From the NCBI GenBank assembly GCA_963805975.1, contig CAWDVR010000002.1, positions 928,001-992,000 on the forward strand: a stretch of 64,000 nucleotides of DNA, written 5' to 3'. Origin of the DNA: an uncultured Acidobacteriota bacterium (GTDB lineage: Bacteria > Acidobacteriota > Thermoanaerobaculia > Multivoradales > SZUA-115). Within the stretch, counting starts at the first letter, position 1, and every line of letters begins with the position of its first letter. The notes beneath the pieces are model-generated. The model had not been told where the DNA came from. It did no database searches and was given only the letters and a program-made list of their open reading frames with translations. Shown piece by piece: positions 21,321 through 31,000 of the stretch. The position numbers and the translations under genes are program-made.

Positions 21321-22178
21321 TCAATGAGAGTCCCGTAGCGCCTCCAGCTTCCGCCGCAGCAGCTCCGCCTCCGGCAGGCCGCGCTCGAAGCCGAGGAGCG
21401 CGTCCTCCCACGAGCCGTAGACCGGGTTTGAGAGCATGATCCACCGGCTGCCCCAGTAGGCGGCGTAGGGCCTGGCAAGCGCTTCGCGTTGCTCCACGCT
21501 CTGCTTGACGCCGGAGAGGAAGTCGCCGAGGTCGTCGCCCACCAGGAGCAGCACGCGGAACTGGTCGGCGACGAACTTCCTGCGCGGGCCCTTGTCCGAC
21601 TCCTTCCACTCCTCGCGCGAGCCGCGCGTGAAGAGCGTCTCGCGCTCGGCGGCGAGCGGGAAACCCTGGCGGCGCAGGTTCTCGCGCGTCGCCTCCTGCA
21701 CCCCCACGTCGCGGTTGGTGACGTAGAACACGGTCACACCGCGCTCGGCCGCGTAGCGTGTGAGCTCCGCCGCACCGGGAACGGGGGGCGCGGCGCTCTC
21801 GTTGCACCAGGCGGTCCAGGAATCGCTCGCGTAGCGCTCGCGCTTGCGGATGAGCCGGGCGGCGTAGGGCGAGTTGTCGAGCACCGTCTCGTCCACATCG
21901 AGAATGATCGCCGGCGGCCGGCTGGCGAAATCCCCGCTCTGCTCGGTCGCGGCCGTCCAGGTGGGGTCGGCGAGCGCGGCGTCGAGAGCGCGCCGCGCCG
22001 CCGCGTACGCCTGGAGCGACGACGCGCGGTACTCCTCGGCGGTCTGCTGCCAGAGGTTGGCGTTGAGGACGTCGTAGCTGAACGCCTGGGCCGGCGGAGC
22101 AGCCGCCGGCGGCGCGGTGGCGCAGCCGGCGGCGAACAGCAGGAGCAGCGGTACGGCGAGCGAACGCGCTCTGCGCAT
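21321..22178 (-). CDS. Lipoprotein acid phosphatase / 5'-nucleotidase, e(P4) family (HAD)
   Basis: Lipobox AAGC, DVDETVLDNS, VTNR, GDDLGDF, NPVYGSWE. Confidence 0.88.
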   Translation of the reverse strand: MRRARSLAVPLLLLFAAGCATAPPAAAPPAQAFSYDVLNANLWQQTAEEYRASSLQAYAAARRALDAALADPTWTAATEQSGDFASRPPAIILDVDETVLDNSPYAARLIRKRERYASDSWTAWCNESAAPPVPGAAELTRYAAERGVTVFYVTNRDVGVQEATRENLRRQGFPLAAERETLFTRGSREEWKESDKGPRRKFVADQFRVLLLVGDDLGDFLSGVKQSVEQREALARPYAAYWGSRWIMLSNPVYGSWEDALLGFERGLPEAELLRRKLEALRDSH

Positions 22179-22191
22179 GGGCGACCTCACC

Positions 22192-24465
22192 CTAGAACCG
22201 TAGCAGATAGCTCACCTTGACGAAGAACTGCCGGCCGGTGGAGGTGTCGGCCGAGTGGGTGAAGCCGATCGACGGCGGGGTCGTGGGCAGGACGCGGACG
22301 TTCTCGTAGTTGTCGGTGTAGCCCAGGTAGATGGCGGTGCCGGGATTGAGCAGGTAGGTCAGGAGCACGTCGCCGGCCCACCGCTTCTGCTCGCCGAGCT
22401 GGATCAGCGACTCGCGGGGCGAGAGGCCGAAGTAGTCGAGGATGACGCGCGCCGAGAGCTCGCGCGTGAATTGATAGGCGAACTTGCTGCGCAGGAGGTT
22501 GTTGACGTAGATCGTCCGCTCGCCGTCGAGCGACGGCGACACCCGGCCTCGGGTCGAGAGGTCGTTGTAGATGTAGGTGTTGTCGATGCGGAACCGGTCG
22601 ATGGGCTTCAGCGTCAGTGTCACCTGCAGGGTGTCGCCGTCGCCGAGGAAGGGATCGAGGCCCTCGGCCGGGATGAAGTTGATGGCGTCGCCGCGGGCGT
22701 AGAAGATCGAGCCGGTGAGCCAGGAGAAAGGCTCGGAGGAAAGGCTGACCGCGTACTGGTCCTTCCTGAACTCCTCGCTCAGGAAACGCTCGTAGGCCTC
22801 GGTGGCGGAGAGCGTGACGGTCGTCGCCCGCGTCAGGTTCACGGTGTAGGAGCCGGTCACGTCCCAATCCTGCTTGGTGCTGTCGTGGTCCCAGGTGCCG
22901 AGGAACGAGAGGGTCGGGCCGTGGCTCACGATCGTCGGGTGCTCGGTGGGCCGGAACAGGTAGGTCAGGCTCTGCGAGGTCTGGCGGATGTCGACTCGCG
23001 GCACGAAGCCCAGATCGGTGCGGAAGTCCTCGCTGATGTCGCTGAAGGAGCCGGTGTAGGTCAGGTGCAGGCCGCTCCGCGCAATCTCGGCGTAGAAGGC
23101 CTCGCCGTCGAGGTCGTCCTCGCCGTCGAGCGTGAAGCGGCTGCCCGCGGCCTGGGCGCTGAAGGCCCAGTTGTCGTCGATCTGCAGGCGGCTGTCGAAC
23201 GAGGCGACGGTGTCGGCGAACGGGCCGACGTCGCGCTGGGTGGCGAGGAAGCCGACATAGGAGCGCTCGCCGAACTCCCGCTGCACGCGCGCCACGCCGA
23301 TCTTCGCCCGCTCGTCGTCGACCAGGCCGAAGTCCTCCTCGAGCGGCGACACGTCGTCGATCGCCAGGCCGCCGAACACCCAGCGGCCCTCCTTGCCGGT
23401 CACCCGCACGCCGTAGTCCGGCTCGCGGATGCGGCGTGAGAAGAAGAGGTTGATCGGTGTCGAGAAGAAGCCGGCGTTCTCGATGAAGAAGGGCCGCTTC
23501 TCGGGGAAGAAGACCTCGAAGCGCTTGTTGACGATCACCTGCGGCTCGTCGGACTCGACCTGGCTGAAGTCCGGGTTGACGGTCACGTCGACAGTCACCG
23601 CGTCGCGCAGCACGAACTTGGCGTCGAGGCCGGCGCGGGCCTCGTCGTCGGTCTGGTAGCTGGCGCCCCGCGCCGGGTCGTCCTCGAGCACCCGGGCGCG
23701 GCCGTAGGCGGCGTAGGGGATGAACTGGAAGTTGCGGGAGGGCGAGATGGCCTCCGGGATGGCGAGCGCCCCGAACTGGTTGACGAAACCCGAGATGCGC
23801 TGCGTGTTGAGCGGGTAGTAGGCGAACTCGTTCTTGCGCGGGATGATGCGCGCCAGCGCGAAGCCCCACTCCTGCTCTGGCGCCTTGGGGAAGCGCATGC
23901 TCTTCCACGGGATGGCGAGCATCGCCACGTAGCCGTCGTCCGTCAGCCGCCCCTCCGAGGTCCACAGGGTGTCGAAGTCGAACTGGTAGCCCTGGCCCTC
24001 GGTGTAGATGCCGTCGAGCTGCACGCCGAAGGGGTTGATGGCGAAGACGTAGGCGCGCTGGCGGTCGTGGAAAGTGTCGAGGAAGATCTCGACGCCCTCG
24101 TCGCCGAAGATGTCCTCGCGCTTGCCCAGGTGGGCGCGGATCTGCGCCGGGTCGTCCTTGCAGACGAAGACCACGTAGAGCTGCTTGTCGTCGTAGGACA
24201 GGTAGGCGGTGGTGGGGAGCGTCACCGGCGCCCCGTCGTCCGGCGTGTTCTGCAGGAACTCGGTGACCCTGAGCCCCGCGTCGGCCGGCACCCCGCCGAC
24301 GTAGTCGTCGAGCCGTGGCGGCGCCGCCGCCTTGGGCAGGCGGAGCGAGGCCGTCGCCGGCGGCGGGGGAGCGTCCTGGGCAAGGAGCGCGGGCGCGGCG
24401 GCGAGCGCCAGGGCCAAACCCAGGATAGTGATCTCGAGGCGAACGAACGGGCGAATCGTGGACAT
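22192..24465 (-). CDS. CBM9-like + DUF5916-type outer-membrane beta-barrel protein
   Basis: Signal peptide, YDDKQLYV, LDTFHD, NPFGVQ, IPWKSMRF, NPDFSQVESD, FFPEKRPFF; C-terminal VKVSYLLRF BAM-type signature. Confidence 0.8.
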   Translation of the reverse strand: MSTIRPFVRLEITILGLALALAAAPALLAQDAPPPPATASLRLPKAAAPPRLDDYVGGVPADAGLRVTEFLQNTPDDGAPVTLPTTAYLSYDDKQLYVVFVCKDDPAQIRAHLGKREDIFGDEGVEIFLDTFHDRQRAYVFAINPFGVQLDGIYTEGQGYQFDFDTLWTSEGRLTDDGYVAMLAIPWKSMRFPKAPEQEWGFALARIIPRKNEFAYYPLNTQRISGFVNQFGALAIPEAISPSRNFQFIPYAAYGRARVLEDDPARGASYQTDDEARAGLDAKFVLRDAVTVDVTVNPDFSQVESDEPQVIVNKRFEVFFPEKRPFFIENAGFFSTPINLFFSRRIREPDYGVRVTGKEGRWVFGGLAIDDVSPLEEDFGLVDDERAKIGVARVQREFGERSYVGFLATQRDVGPFADTVASFDSRLQIDDNWAFSAQAAGSRFTLDGEDDLDGEAFYAEIARSGLHLTYTGSFSDISEDFRTDLGFVPRVDIRQTSQSLTYLFRPTEHPTIVSHGPTLSFLGTWDHDSTKQDWDVTGSYTVNLTRATTVTLSATEAYERFLSEEFRKDQYAVSLSSEPFSWLTGSIFYARGDAINFIPAEGLDPFLGDGDTLQVTLTLKPIDRFRIDNTYIYNDLSTRGRVSPSLDGERTIYVNNLLRSKFAYQFTRELSARVILDYFGLSPRESLIQLGEQKRWAGDVLLTYLLNPGTAIYLGYTDNYENVRVLPTTPPSIGFTHSADTSTGRQFFVKVSYLLRF

Positions 24466-24508
24466 CGACAAATCTCCTCCGAAGGCTCTTCGAAACGTCG
24501 AAAGGTGG

Positions 24509-25831
24509 TCAGAAAGCGCGGGTCAACAACAGCAGGAGCGCCGGGATCGCGACCACCCCCGCCGCCGCCCAGGCGAGCCGGCGATCCTGCCGGCGCGCGC
24601 GGGCGAGGGCGTCCGCGTACGGGATGGTGGTGTGCGAGATCATGGTGTAGAGCGGCATCCAAGCGGCCGGGAAGAGGCGCGACAGCAGCAGGTCGAGCCG
24701 CTTGCGGGCGCGGAAGAAGGGCGAGCTCACCCGCTGCCGCAGCTCCAGGAAGTTCTCCTTCGACAGCTCGGCCAGGGTGTCGGTGTGCACCTTGCGCCGC
24801 CGCTGGTAGTCGGCCAGCGCTTCGCCGCGCCGGCTGCCGTGCTCCTCCAGGCAGGCGACGAGCGTGGTGCAGTCCTCGAACGCCGAGTTCATGCCCTGGC
24901 CGTAGAACGGGTAGACGGCGTGGCAGGCGTCTCCCACCAGCACCAGCCAGTCGCCCAGGTGCCAGGGCGAGGTGCGGGTGGTGACGAGCGAGCCTTCCGG
25001 GTGCCGCCGCCACTGCTCGAGATAGTCGGGCACCAGGGCCGGCACGTCCGGGAAGTAGCGGCGGAAGAAGGCCGCGATCTCCTCGGCCGAACGGAGCTCG
25101 GCAAAGCTGTCGGGGCCCTCGAAGGGCAGGAACAGGGTCGCGGTGTGCGAGCCGTCGAGATTGGGGTGGGTGACGATCAGGCAGTGGCCCCGCGGCCAGA
25201 CGTGGAGGGCCGTGAGCTCGATCGCCGAGGAGCCATCGGGCTTCGCCGGCACGGTCAGCTCCTTGTAGCCCCACTCGAGGTACTCCTGGCTGTAGTTGGC
25301 GCGCTCGCCGCGCTGCATCTCCTGGCGCAGGCGCGAGAACGCGCCGTCGGCGCCGATCAGCAGCTCCGCCGCCACGGCGAGCGTCCGCCCGCCGGCCTCG
25401 TCGGCCACCGCCAGCGTCCGCGCCTCCTTGTCCAGGGCGAGGCAGCGATGGCGGAAGTGGAAGCGCGCGCCACGACCCTCGGCGCGGTCGATCAGGGCGC
25501 GGTTGAGCTCGTTGCGGTCGACCGAGTGCAGCACCTCCTCGCCGCGGTTGCCGTAGGCCTGGAAGCTGGTGCCACCGCCCTCGGCGTGGATCACCCGGCC
25601 GCGCATGGTCACGGCACGGCCCAGGATCTGCTCTTTCATCCCCACCATGGCGAGCGCCGCCAAGCCCCGCTTGGAGAGCCCGAGGTTGATCGAGCGGCCC
25701 TCGGCCCCCAGGCGCAGGCGCGGGTCGTCGCGGCGCTCGTAGACGTCGACCTCGAAGCCGCGCTCGGCAAAGGCGGCGGCCAAGAGCGACCCGGTCAGGC
25801 CGGCGCCCGCGATGGCGATGCCGTGGCTCAA
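24509..25831 (-). CDS. kmo: Kynurenine 3-monooxygenase-like FAD monooxygenase with C-terminal hydrophobic anchor
   Basis: GAGLTG, GRSINLGLS, GADG, LHVWPRG, GDACHAVYPFYGQGMN, PLYTM; TTG start with GGAGG SD. Confidence 0.85.
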   Translation of the reverse strand: MSHGIAIAGAGLTGSLLAAAFAERGFEVDVYERRDDPRLRLGAEGRSINLGLSKRGLAALAMVGMKEQILGRAVTMRGRVIHAEGGGTSFQAYGNRGEEVLHSVDRNELNRALIDRAEGRGARFHFRHRCLALDKEARTLAVADEAGGRTLAVAAELLIGADGAFSRLRQEMQRGERANYSQEYLEWGYKELTVPAKPDGSSAIELTALHVWPRGHCLIVTHPNLDGSHTATLFLPFEGPDSFAELRSAEEIAAFFRRYFPDVPALVPDYLEQWRRHPEGSLVTTRTSPWHLGDWLVLVGDACHAVYPFYGQGMNSAFEDCTTLVACLEEHGSRRGEALADYQRRRKVHTDTLAELSKENFLELRQRVSSPFFRARKRLDLLLSRLFPAAWMPLYTMISHTTIPYADALARARRQDRRLAWAAAGVVAIPALLLLLTRAF

Positions 25832-25875
25832 ACGAGCCTCCGCGGGCTCAAACGAGCCTCCGCGGGCTCAAACGA
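25825..25875. repeat. 2.5 copies of a 20-bp tandem repeat at the DUF6875/kmo junction
   Basis: GGCTCAAACGAGCCTCCGCG x2 + GGCTCAAACGA. Confidence 0.95.
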
Positions 25876-26701
25876 CCCCCCGCGCCAGCTCCAGGGCCTG
25901 GGCGAGGAGCTCGGAGTGGCGCAGCTCGATCTCGGCGTTGACCAGGGACTCGAGCGCGATCTGGAAGTTGCGCCCGCTGGTCTCGCTGCCGAAGCGGCGC
26001 AGGTAGGAGCGCAGGAAGCTCGCCCGCGTGGCGGGGGCGTCGAGCGAGCGCGACAGGAAGGGCAGGTCGGACTCCACCATGTGGCGGATGGCCACCATCG
26101 GGATCGGGCTGGCGAGGGGCCGGAAGTCGTCGCTGCGCAGGCCCGGCGTCTCGTTGCCGGGATAGAACTCGCCGATCATCAGCCCGGCCTGGACGAAGTG
26201 GGGCTTGAGCTCCTGCTTCACGTTCTCGATCAGCTCCGCCGCCGTCTCCGCGTCGAGGTCGGGGAACACGGTGACGATCGACTTGTTCATGCACAGCGGC
26301 TCTTCCCGCGGCTCGAGCGCGAGGAAGGTCTCGCGATAGGCGGTGAGGACGGCGAGCAGCTCCTCGCGGCTCGGGCTGGCGCCGGGCACCAGGGCGAGCC
26401 ACACGGTGCCGAGCTTGAGCGAGGGCCCGACGAACGGGCAGACGGCGCCGCTCCTCCCGAGATCGGCGTGCGGCTGCGCGAGGAAGCTCCGCAGCCAGGC
26501 GACGACCGCGGCGAGCGCCGGGTAGCGGTCGGCCTGGGTCTCGACCTCGGTGGCGAGGAAGAGGCGGCCGGTTTCGTCGATCGTCATCGCCGCCGGGGCA
26601 GTCGCGCCATGGCGGCCGGTGACCGGACAGACGGCGGCGAACTTCGGATGGGCACCGGAGGGTTCGCGGCAGGAGGCGTCGGGGGTCGGGGTCGTGTTCA
26701 T
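25868..26701 (-). CDS. DUF6875-like protein (GRSGAVCPF motif), function unknown
   Basis: WLRSFLAQPHADLGRSGAVCPFV, GLMIGEFYP, F.PL.SP.P..AIRHM..D pattern recognised from memory as DUF6875; needs HMM confirmation. Confidence 0.7.
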   Translation of the reverse strand: MNTTPTPDASCREPSGAHPKFAAVCPVTGRHGATAPAAMTIDETGRLFLATEVETQADRYPALAAVVAWLRSFLAQPHADLGRSGAVCPFVGPSLKLGTVWLALVPGASPSREELLAVLTAYRETFLALEPREEPLCMNKSIVTVFPDLDAETAAELIENVKQELKPHFVQAGLMIGEFYPGNETPGLRSDDFRPLASPIPMVAIRHMVESDLPFLSRSLDAPATRASFLRSYLRRFGSETSGRNFQIALESLVNAEIELRHSELLAQALELARGVV

Positions 26702-26726
26702 AGCGTTCTCGATTCCAAGGCTGCTT

Positions 26727-28082
26727 TCAGGAGCGGGCAACGAGCTCGGCCGCCACGCTGGGAGGGCCGACGGACGCGGAAGGCTCGGGGCTACAGTCGG
26801 GGAGCTCCTCCTCCACCCGGCGCAGCGGGCGGACGAGGTAGCCGGTGGCTGCCAGGGCGGTCATGGCGAGCCCGCCGAGCAGGAACATGGCGGCCATGCC
26901 GCGGCCGGGGCCGGTGCCGATCAGCCGGCCGAGGCTCGCCGCCCAGGCGCCGCCGGGAGCCAGCAACGGCTCGAACACGCGGTCGGCGAGCGGGCCGGCG
27001 AGCGCATAGCCCAGCGGCATGGCGGCTTCGCTCAGCATGCGCTGCACGGCAAAGGAGCGCCCCTGGTAGTCGGGCGGCACCTTCACCTGCCAGATCGAGT
27101 CGTTCGAGGCGTTGATCACCGGCAGGGTGAAGAAGAAGCAGAAGCCGGCCGCCGCCAGCAGCGGGATCGACGGCGCCGGGCTGTGGAGCGCGATCGCGAG
27201 GCCGGCCAGGGCGAGGAAGCCGAGCACGCCGTGGATGCGCCGCCGCGGGCCGCCCCACAGGCTCATGACGAGCCCGCCCGCCACCAGGCCGCAGCTCGCG
27301 ATCGACATCTGGAAGCCGAGCTGCGCCGGCGTGCCGAAGGCGAGGATCATCGGCGTGATGAGCACCGCGAGGATGCCGAGCGCGAAGTTGAAGCCGCCGA
27401 AGACCAGCAGCATGGAGAGCAGGCCGGCGCGCTCGCGCACGTAGCGCCAGCCGAGCGCCACCTCCTCGAGAAGGCTGGTCCCCGCCGCCTCGGCCCTGGG
27501 TGGGCGCGGGATGCGCGCCGCGGAGAGCGCCGCCACCGCCACGACGAAGCTCGCGCAATCGACCGCCAGCACCGTGGCCAGCGAGAAGGCGGAGACCAGG
27601 ACCCCGGCGAGCATCGGCCCCAGCACCTGGGCCGTGGCGCGCGCCATCTGCACCATGCCGTTGGCCCGCGGCAGGTGCTCGGCCGGCAGCAGCAGCGGCA
27701 GGCTCGCCGCGTAGGCCGGGATGTGGAAGGCGCTGGTCAGCGCCATCACCGCCGCGCTGACGTAGACGTGCCAGACCTCGAGCCGGTCGGAGGCCGCGAG
27801 CAGCGCCGCGGCGAGCGTGGTGGCCGCGGCCACCACGTCGGCCCCGATCATCGTGCGCCGGCGGTCCCAACGGTCCACCAGGGCGCCGGCGAAGAGCGAG
27901 GCCAGGACCGCCGGGATCGCGGCGCAGACGAAGATCAGGGCATAGCGGGAAGCCGAGCCCGTGACCTGGTAGACCCAGATCCCCATCGCGAAGGCCGAGA
28001 GCCCCGAGCCGATCAGCGACACGAGCTGCCCGCTCAGAAGCAGGGCGAAGTCGCGGCGGCGCAAGAGCGGGGCGAGGCTCAC
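26727..28082 (-). CDS. MFS transporter (macrolide/NRP efflux-type)
   Basis: GTG overlapping the NRPS stop; about 12 TM helices; GQLVSLIGSGL, GALVDRWDRR, QGR motifs. Confidence 0.9.
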   Translation of the reverse strand: MSLAPLLRRRDFALLLSGQLVSLIGSGLSAFAMGIWVYQVTGSASRYALIFVCAAIPAVLASLFAGALVDRWDRRRTMIGADVVAAATTLAAALLAASDRLEVWHVYVSAAVMALTSAFHIPAYAASLPLLLPAEHLPRANGMVQMARATAQVLGPMLAGVLVSAFSLATVLAVDCASFVVAVAALSAARIPRPPRAEAAGTSLLEEVALGWRYVRERAGLLSMLLVFGGFNFALGILAVLITPMILAFGTPAQLGFQMSIASCGLVAGGLVMSLWGGPRRRIHGVLGFLALAGLAIALHSPAPSIPLLAAAGFCFFFTLPVINASNDSIWQVKVPPDYQGRSFAVQRMLSEAAMPLGYALAGPLADRVFEPLLAPGGAWAASLGRLIGTGPGRGMAAMFLLGGLAMTALAATGYLVRPLRRVEEELPDCSPEPSASVGPPSVAAELVARS

Positions 28083-31000
28083 CGCGCCACCTCCGCCGCC
28101 AGCTCCCCTACGAGCTCTTGGGGCTGCGGGGCGGGCAACGCGCCACGGCGCTCGAGGAAAGCGAGGTAGAGGTCGGCCAGGGCCGCGTCCGCCGGCGGGC
28201 AGAGGATGCCGGCCGCGGCCAGGAGCTCCTCGGTCGCGGTGCAGTCGAGCTCCGGCTCGGAAGTGTCCGGGTCGTCCACGTACACCGGCAGCCAGGGCGC
28301 GAGAGCGTTGGCCTCTCCCGCCGCCACCGCGGCCCGCAGCTCGGCGAGCCATTCCCGGTAGGGCAGGTCGCGCACCGCGTAGCCCCGCGCCCGCAGCCGC
28401 TCGGCGAGCCGGCCCACGGGCAGCGTACGGCGGTTGAAGAAGTGAAAGGCGCCGCCCGGCGCCCGGGTAAGAGACAGATGGACGATGCCGCGCGCCACGT
28501 AGTCGACAGGCGCCATGTCCAACGTGTCGTCCGGGTTGGGCAGCGCGCCCAGCTCGATCGCGCCGCGGAGCCAGGTCGAGAAGAAATCGCCAGGGTTGGC
28601 GGCGCCGCTGTCGCTCGCGCCGGTGATACGCGCCGGGCGGTAGACGGCGACCGGCAGGCCGCGCTCGCCGGCAGCCGCCACCAGCTTTTCCGCCACCCAC
28701 TTGCTCTGGTTGTAGCCGCCCTGGATCTCGGCGACCGGCGGCAGGGCGTCGCCCTCGCGTACGACGCGGTCGAAGTACGACGGCACGACGAAGACGCCGA
28801 GGGTGGAGACGAAGTGGACGGGCTTCAACCGATGGCGCGAGGCGAGGCGCAGGATCTCGACCGTGCCGGCGACGTTGGTGGCCCGCAAGCGCTCGTAGGG
28901 GGCCAGGAAGTTGACCGCGCCGCCGTTGTGGTAGATGGCGTCGAGCCGCCGCGCCAGCTCGTCGAAGGTTTCTGCCGACAGGCCCAGCCGCGGCGCGCCG
29001 AGGTCGCCGAGCACCGGCTCGATCCGGGCCTCCAGAGCGGGTGTCGCGAGGCCGTAGGAAGCGAGGTTGTCGAGCACGCGGCGCAGGCCCTCGGCGGGTG
29101 TCGCGGCGCGCACCAGGCAGAGGATCCTGGCCCGCGTGCGGGCGGCCAGCTCGGCGGCGAGGAAGGCGCCCAGGAAGCCGGTGGCGCCGGTCAGGAGCAC
29201 GGCGCGTGCCTCGGCGGGCGGCCGCGCGGGGTCGGCCCCGGCCGCCTGCACGTCCGCGGGCAGGGCCGCTTCCGCCTGCCAGTCGACGCCCGGCTCCACC
29301 TCGCGCCCGAGCCGCGCCGCCTCCACGCGCTCCGCCAGGGCCGCCGGCGTCGGCGCCTGGAAGACCGCGGCCAGCGGCAGCTCGACGCCGAGCTCCCGGC
29401 GCACGCGCGTCAGCAGCGGAATGGTGGCGAGCGAGGTGCCGCCGAGGGCGAAGAAGTCGTCGTCCGCGCCCACCTGGCCGGGCTCGAGCCCCAGGCTCGC
29501 CGCCCACACCCGCACCAGCGCCGCCTCGATCGGTGTGCGGGGCGCTAGGCGGGCGCGCTCGGCCGCGGCCGGAGGCGCCGGCAGGGCCTTGCGGTCCACC
29601 TTGCCGTGCGAGGTCAGGGGCAGCTCGGGCAGCAGCACGAAGCTCGAAGGCACCATGTACTCGGGCAGCTTCTGGCGCAGCAAGGCTTTGAGCTCCTCCG
29701 CCAATCCCGGTTCCTCCCCGCCCTCGACCGCGGCATAGGCCACCAGCCGCCGGTCGCCGGTGCGCTCCTCCCGCGCCATCACCGCCGCCATGCGCACCCG
29801 GGGATGGGCGCCGAGCGCCGCCTCGATCTCGCCGGGCTCGACACGGAAGCCGCGGATCTTGATCTGCTGGTCGGCCCGGCCCAGGAAATAGAGCCGGCCG
29901 TCCGGCAGGCGGCGCGCGAGGTCGCCGGTCCGGTAGAGACGCGTACCCGGCTCGCCGTAGGGATCAGGCGCGAAGAGGCCGGCCGTCAGCCCCGGCCGCC
30001 CGAGGTAGCCGCGGGCCACGCCGGCGCCGCCCAGGCAGACCTCGCCGGCCACGCCCGGCGGCACGGGCCGGCCGAGACGGTCCAGCACGTAGGCACGGAC
30101 GTCGCCGTAGGGCCGGCCGGCGGGCATCTCCGGTGTCGTCCATTCGGGCGCCGTCCATGGGGGAGCGGAACCGGCCGCGCGCTCGATCGTGGCGCAGACC
30201 GTGGCCTCGGTGGGCCCGTAGTGGTTGTAGAGCGGCGCCCGGCCGTGGGTGAGCCGCGCCCAGGCGCGCGCCCTCTCCGCCGGCACCGCCTCGCCGCCGA
30301 CCATCATCAGGCGCATGCCGGGCAGGGGGTCTTTCTCTCCCCGTGCGTCCCACTCCTCCACCCAGCGGCCCCACAGCGCGGCCGGCGCGTCGATCGCCGA
30401 CACCCGCTCCGCGGCGCAGAGCTCCGCCAGCTCGCGGGCCGAGAGCTCGCCCGGGGCCGGGTGCAGCACCAGCGTGGCGCCGGTGGCCAGGGCCGGGAAG
30501 AGGTCCCCCACCGAGGCGTCGAAGTAGAGCGGCGGCAGCATCAGCAGCCGGTGCCCGGCGAAGCCGTGGACACGCGCGAACTCGCGCACGAAGTGCTCGG
30601 CCGAGCGCTGACTGACGGCCACGCCCTTGGGCTTGCCCGTCGAGCCCGAGGTGTAGATCACGTAGGCGAGCTGCCCGGGCAGCGCGGTGGGGACCTCTCG
30701 CGAAAGGCCGTCGTTCGGGCTGACCTGTTCTTCGTCCGCGGGCGCTGCGTCATCGGTGGCGAGCAGGCGCACCGCCGAGCCGGCCACGGCCGGCGCCAGC
30801 GCGGGCAAGAGAGCACGGCGGGTGAGCACGATCCCGATCCCCGCGTCGGCGAAGAGCTCGGCCAGCCGCGCGCCGGGGCTCGCCGGATCGAAGGGCACGT
30901 AGGCGCCGCCGGCGGCGAGCACGCCGAGCACCGCGACCGGCATCTCGACCGAGCGGTCGAGGACCACGGCGACGCGCGTCTCGGCCCCCACGCCCAGGCC

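Noticed and set aside
24509-25831. Housekeeping kynurenine/NAD pathway operon
   Set aside because: kynA, kynB, kynU, haao and nadC are not adjacent; the gene is coupled to the NRPS operon
25825-25875. Possible mini CRISPR array
   Set aside because: Units are directly adjacent with no spacers, and there are no cas genes
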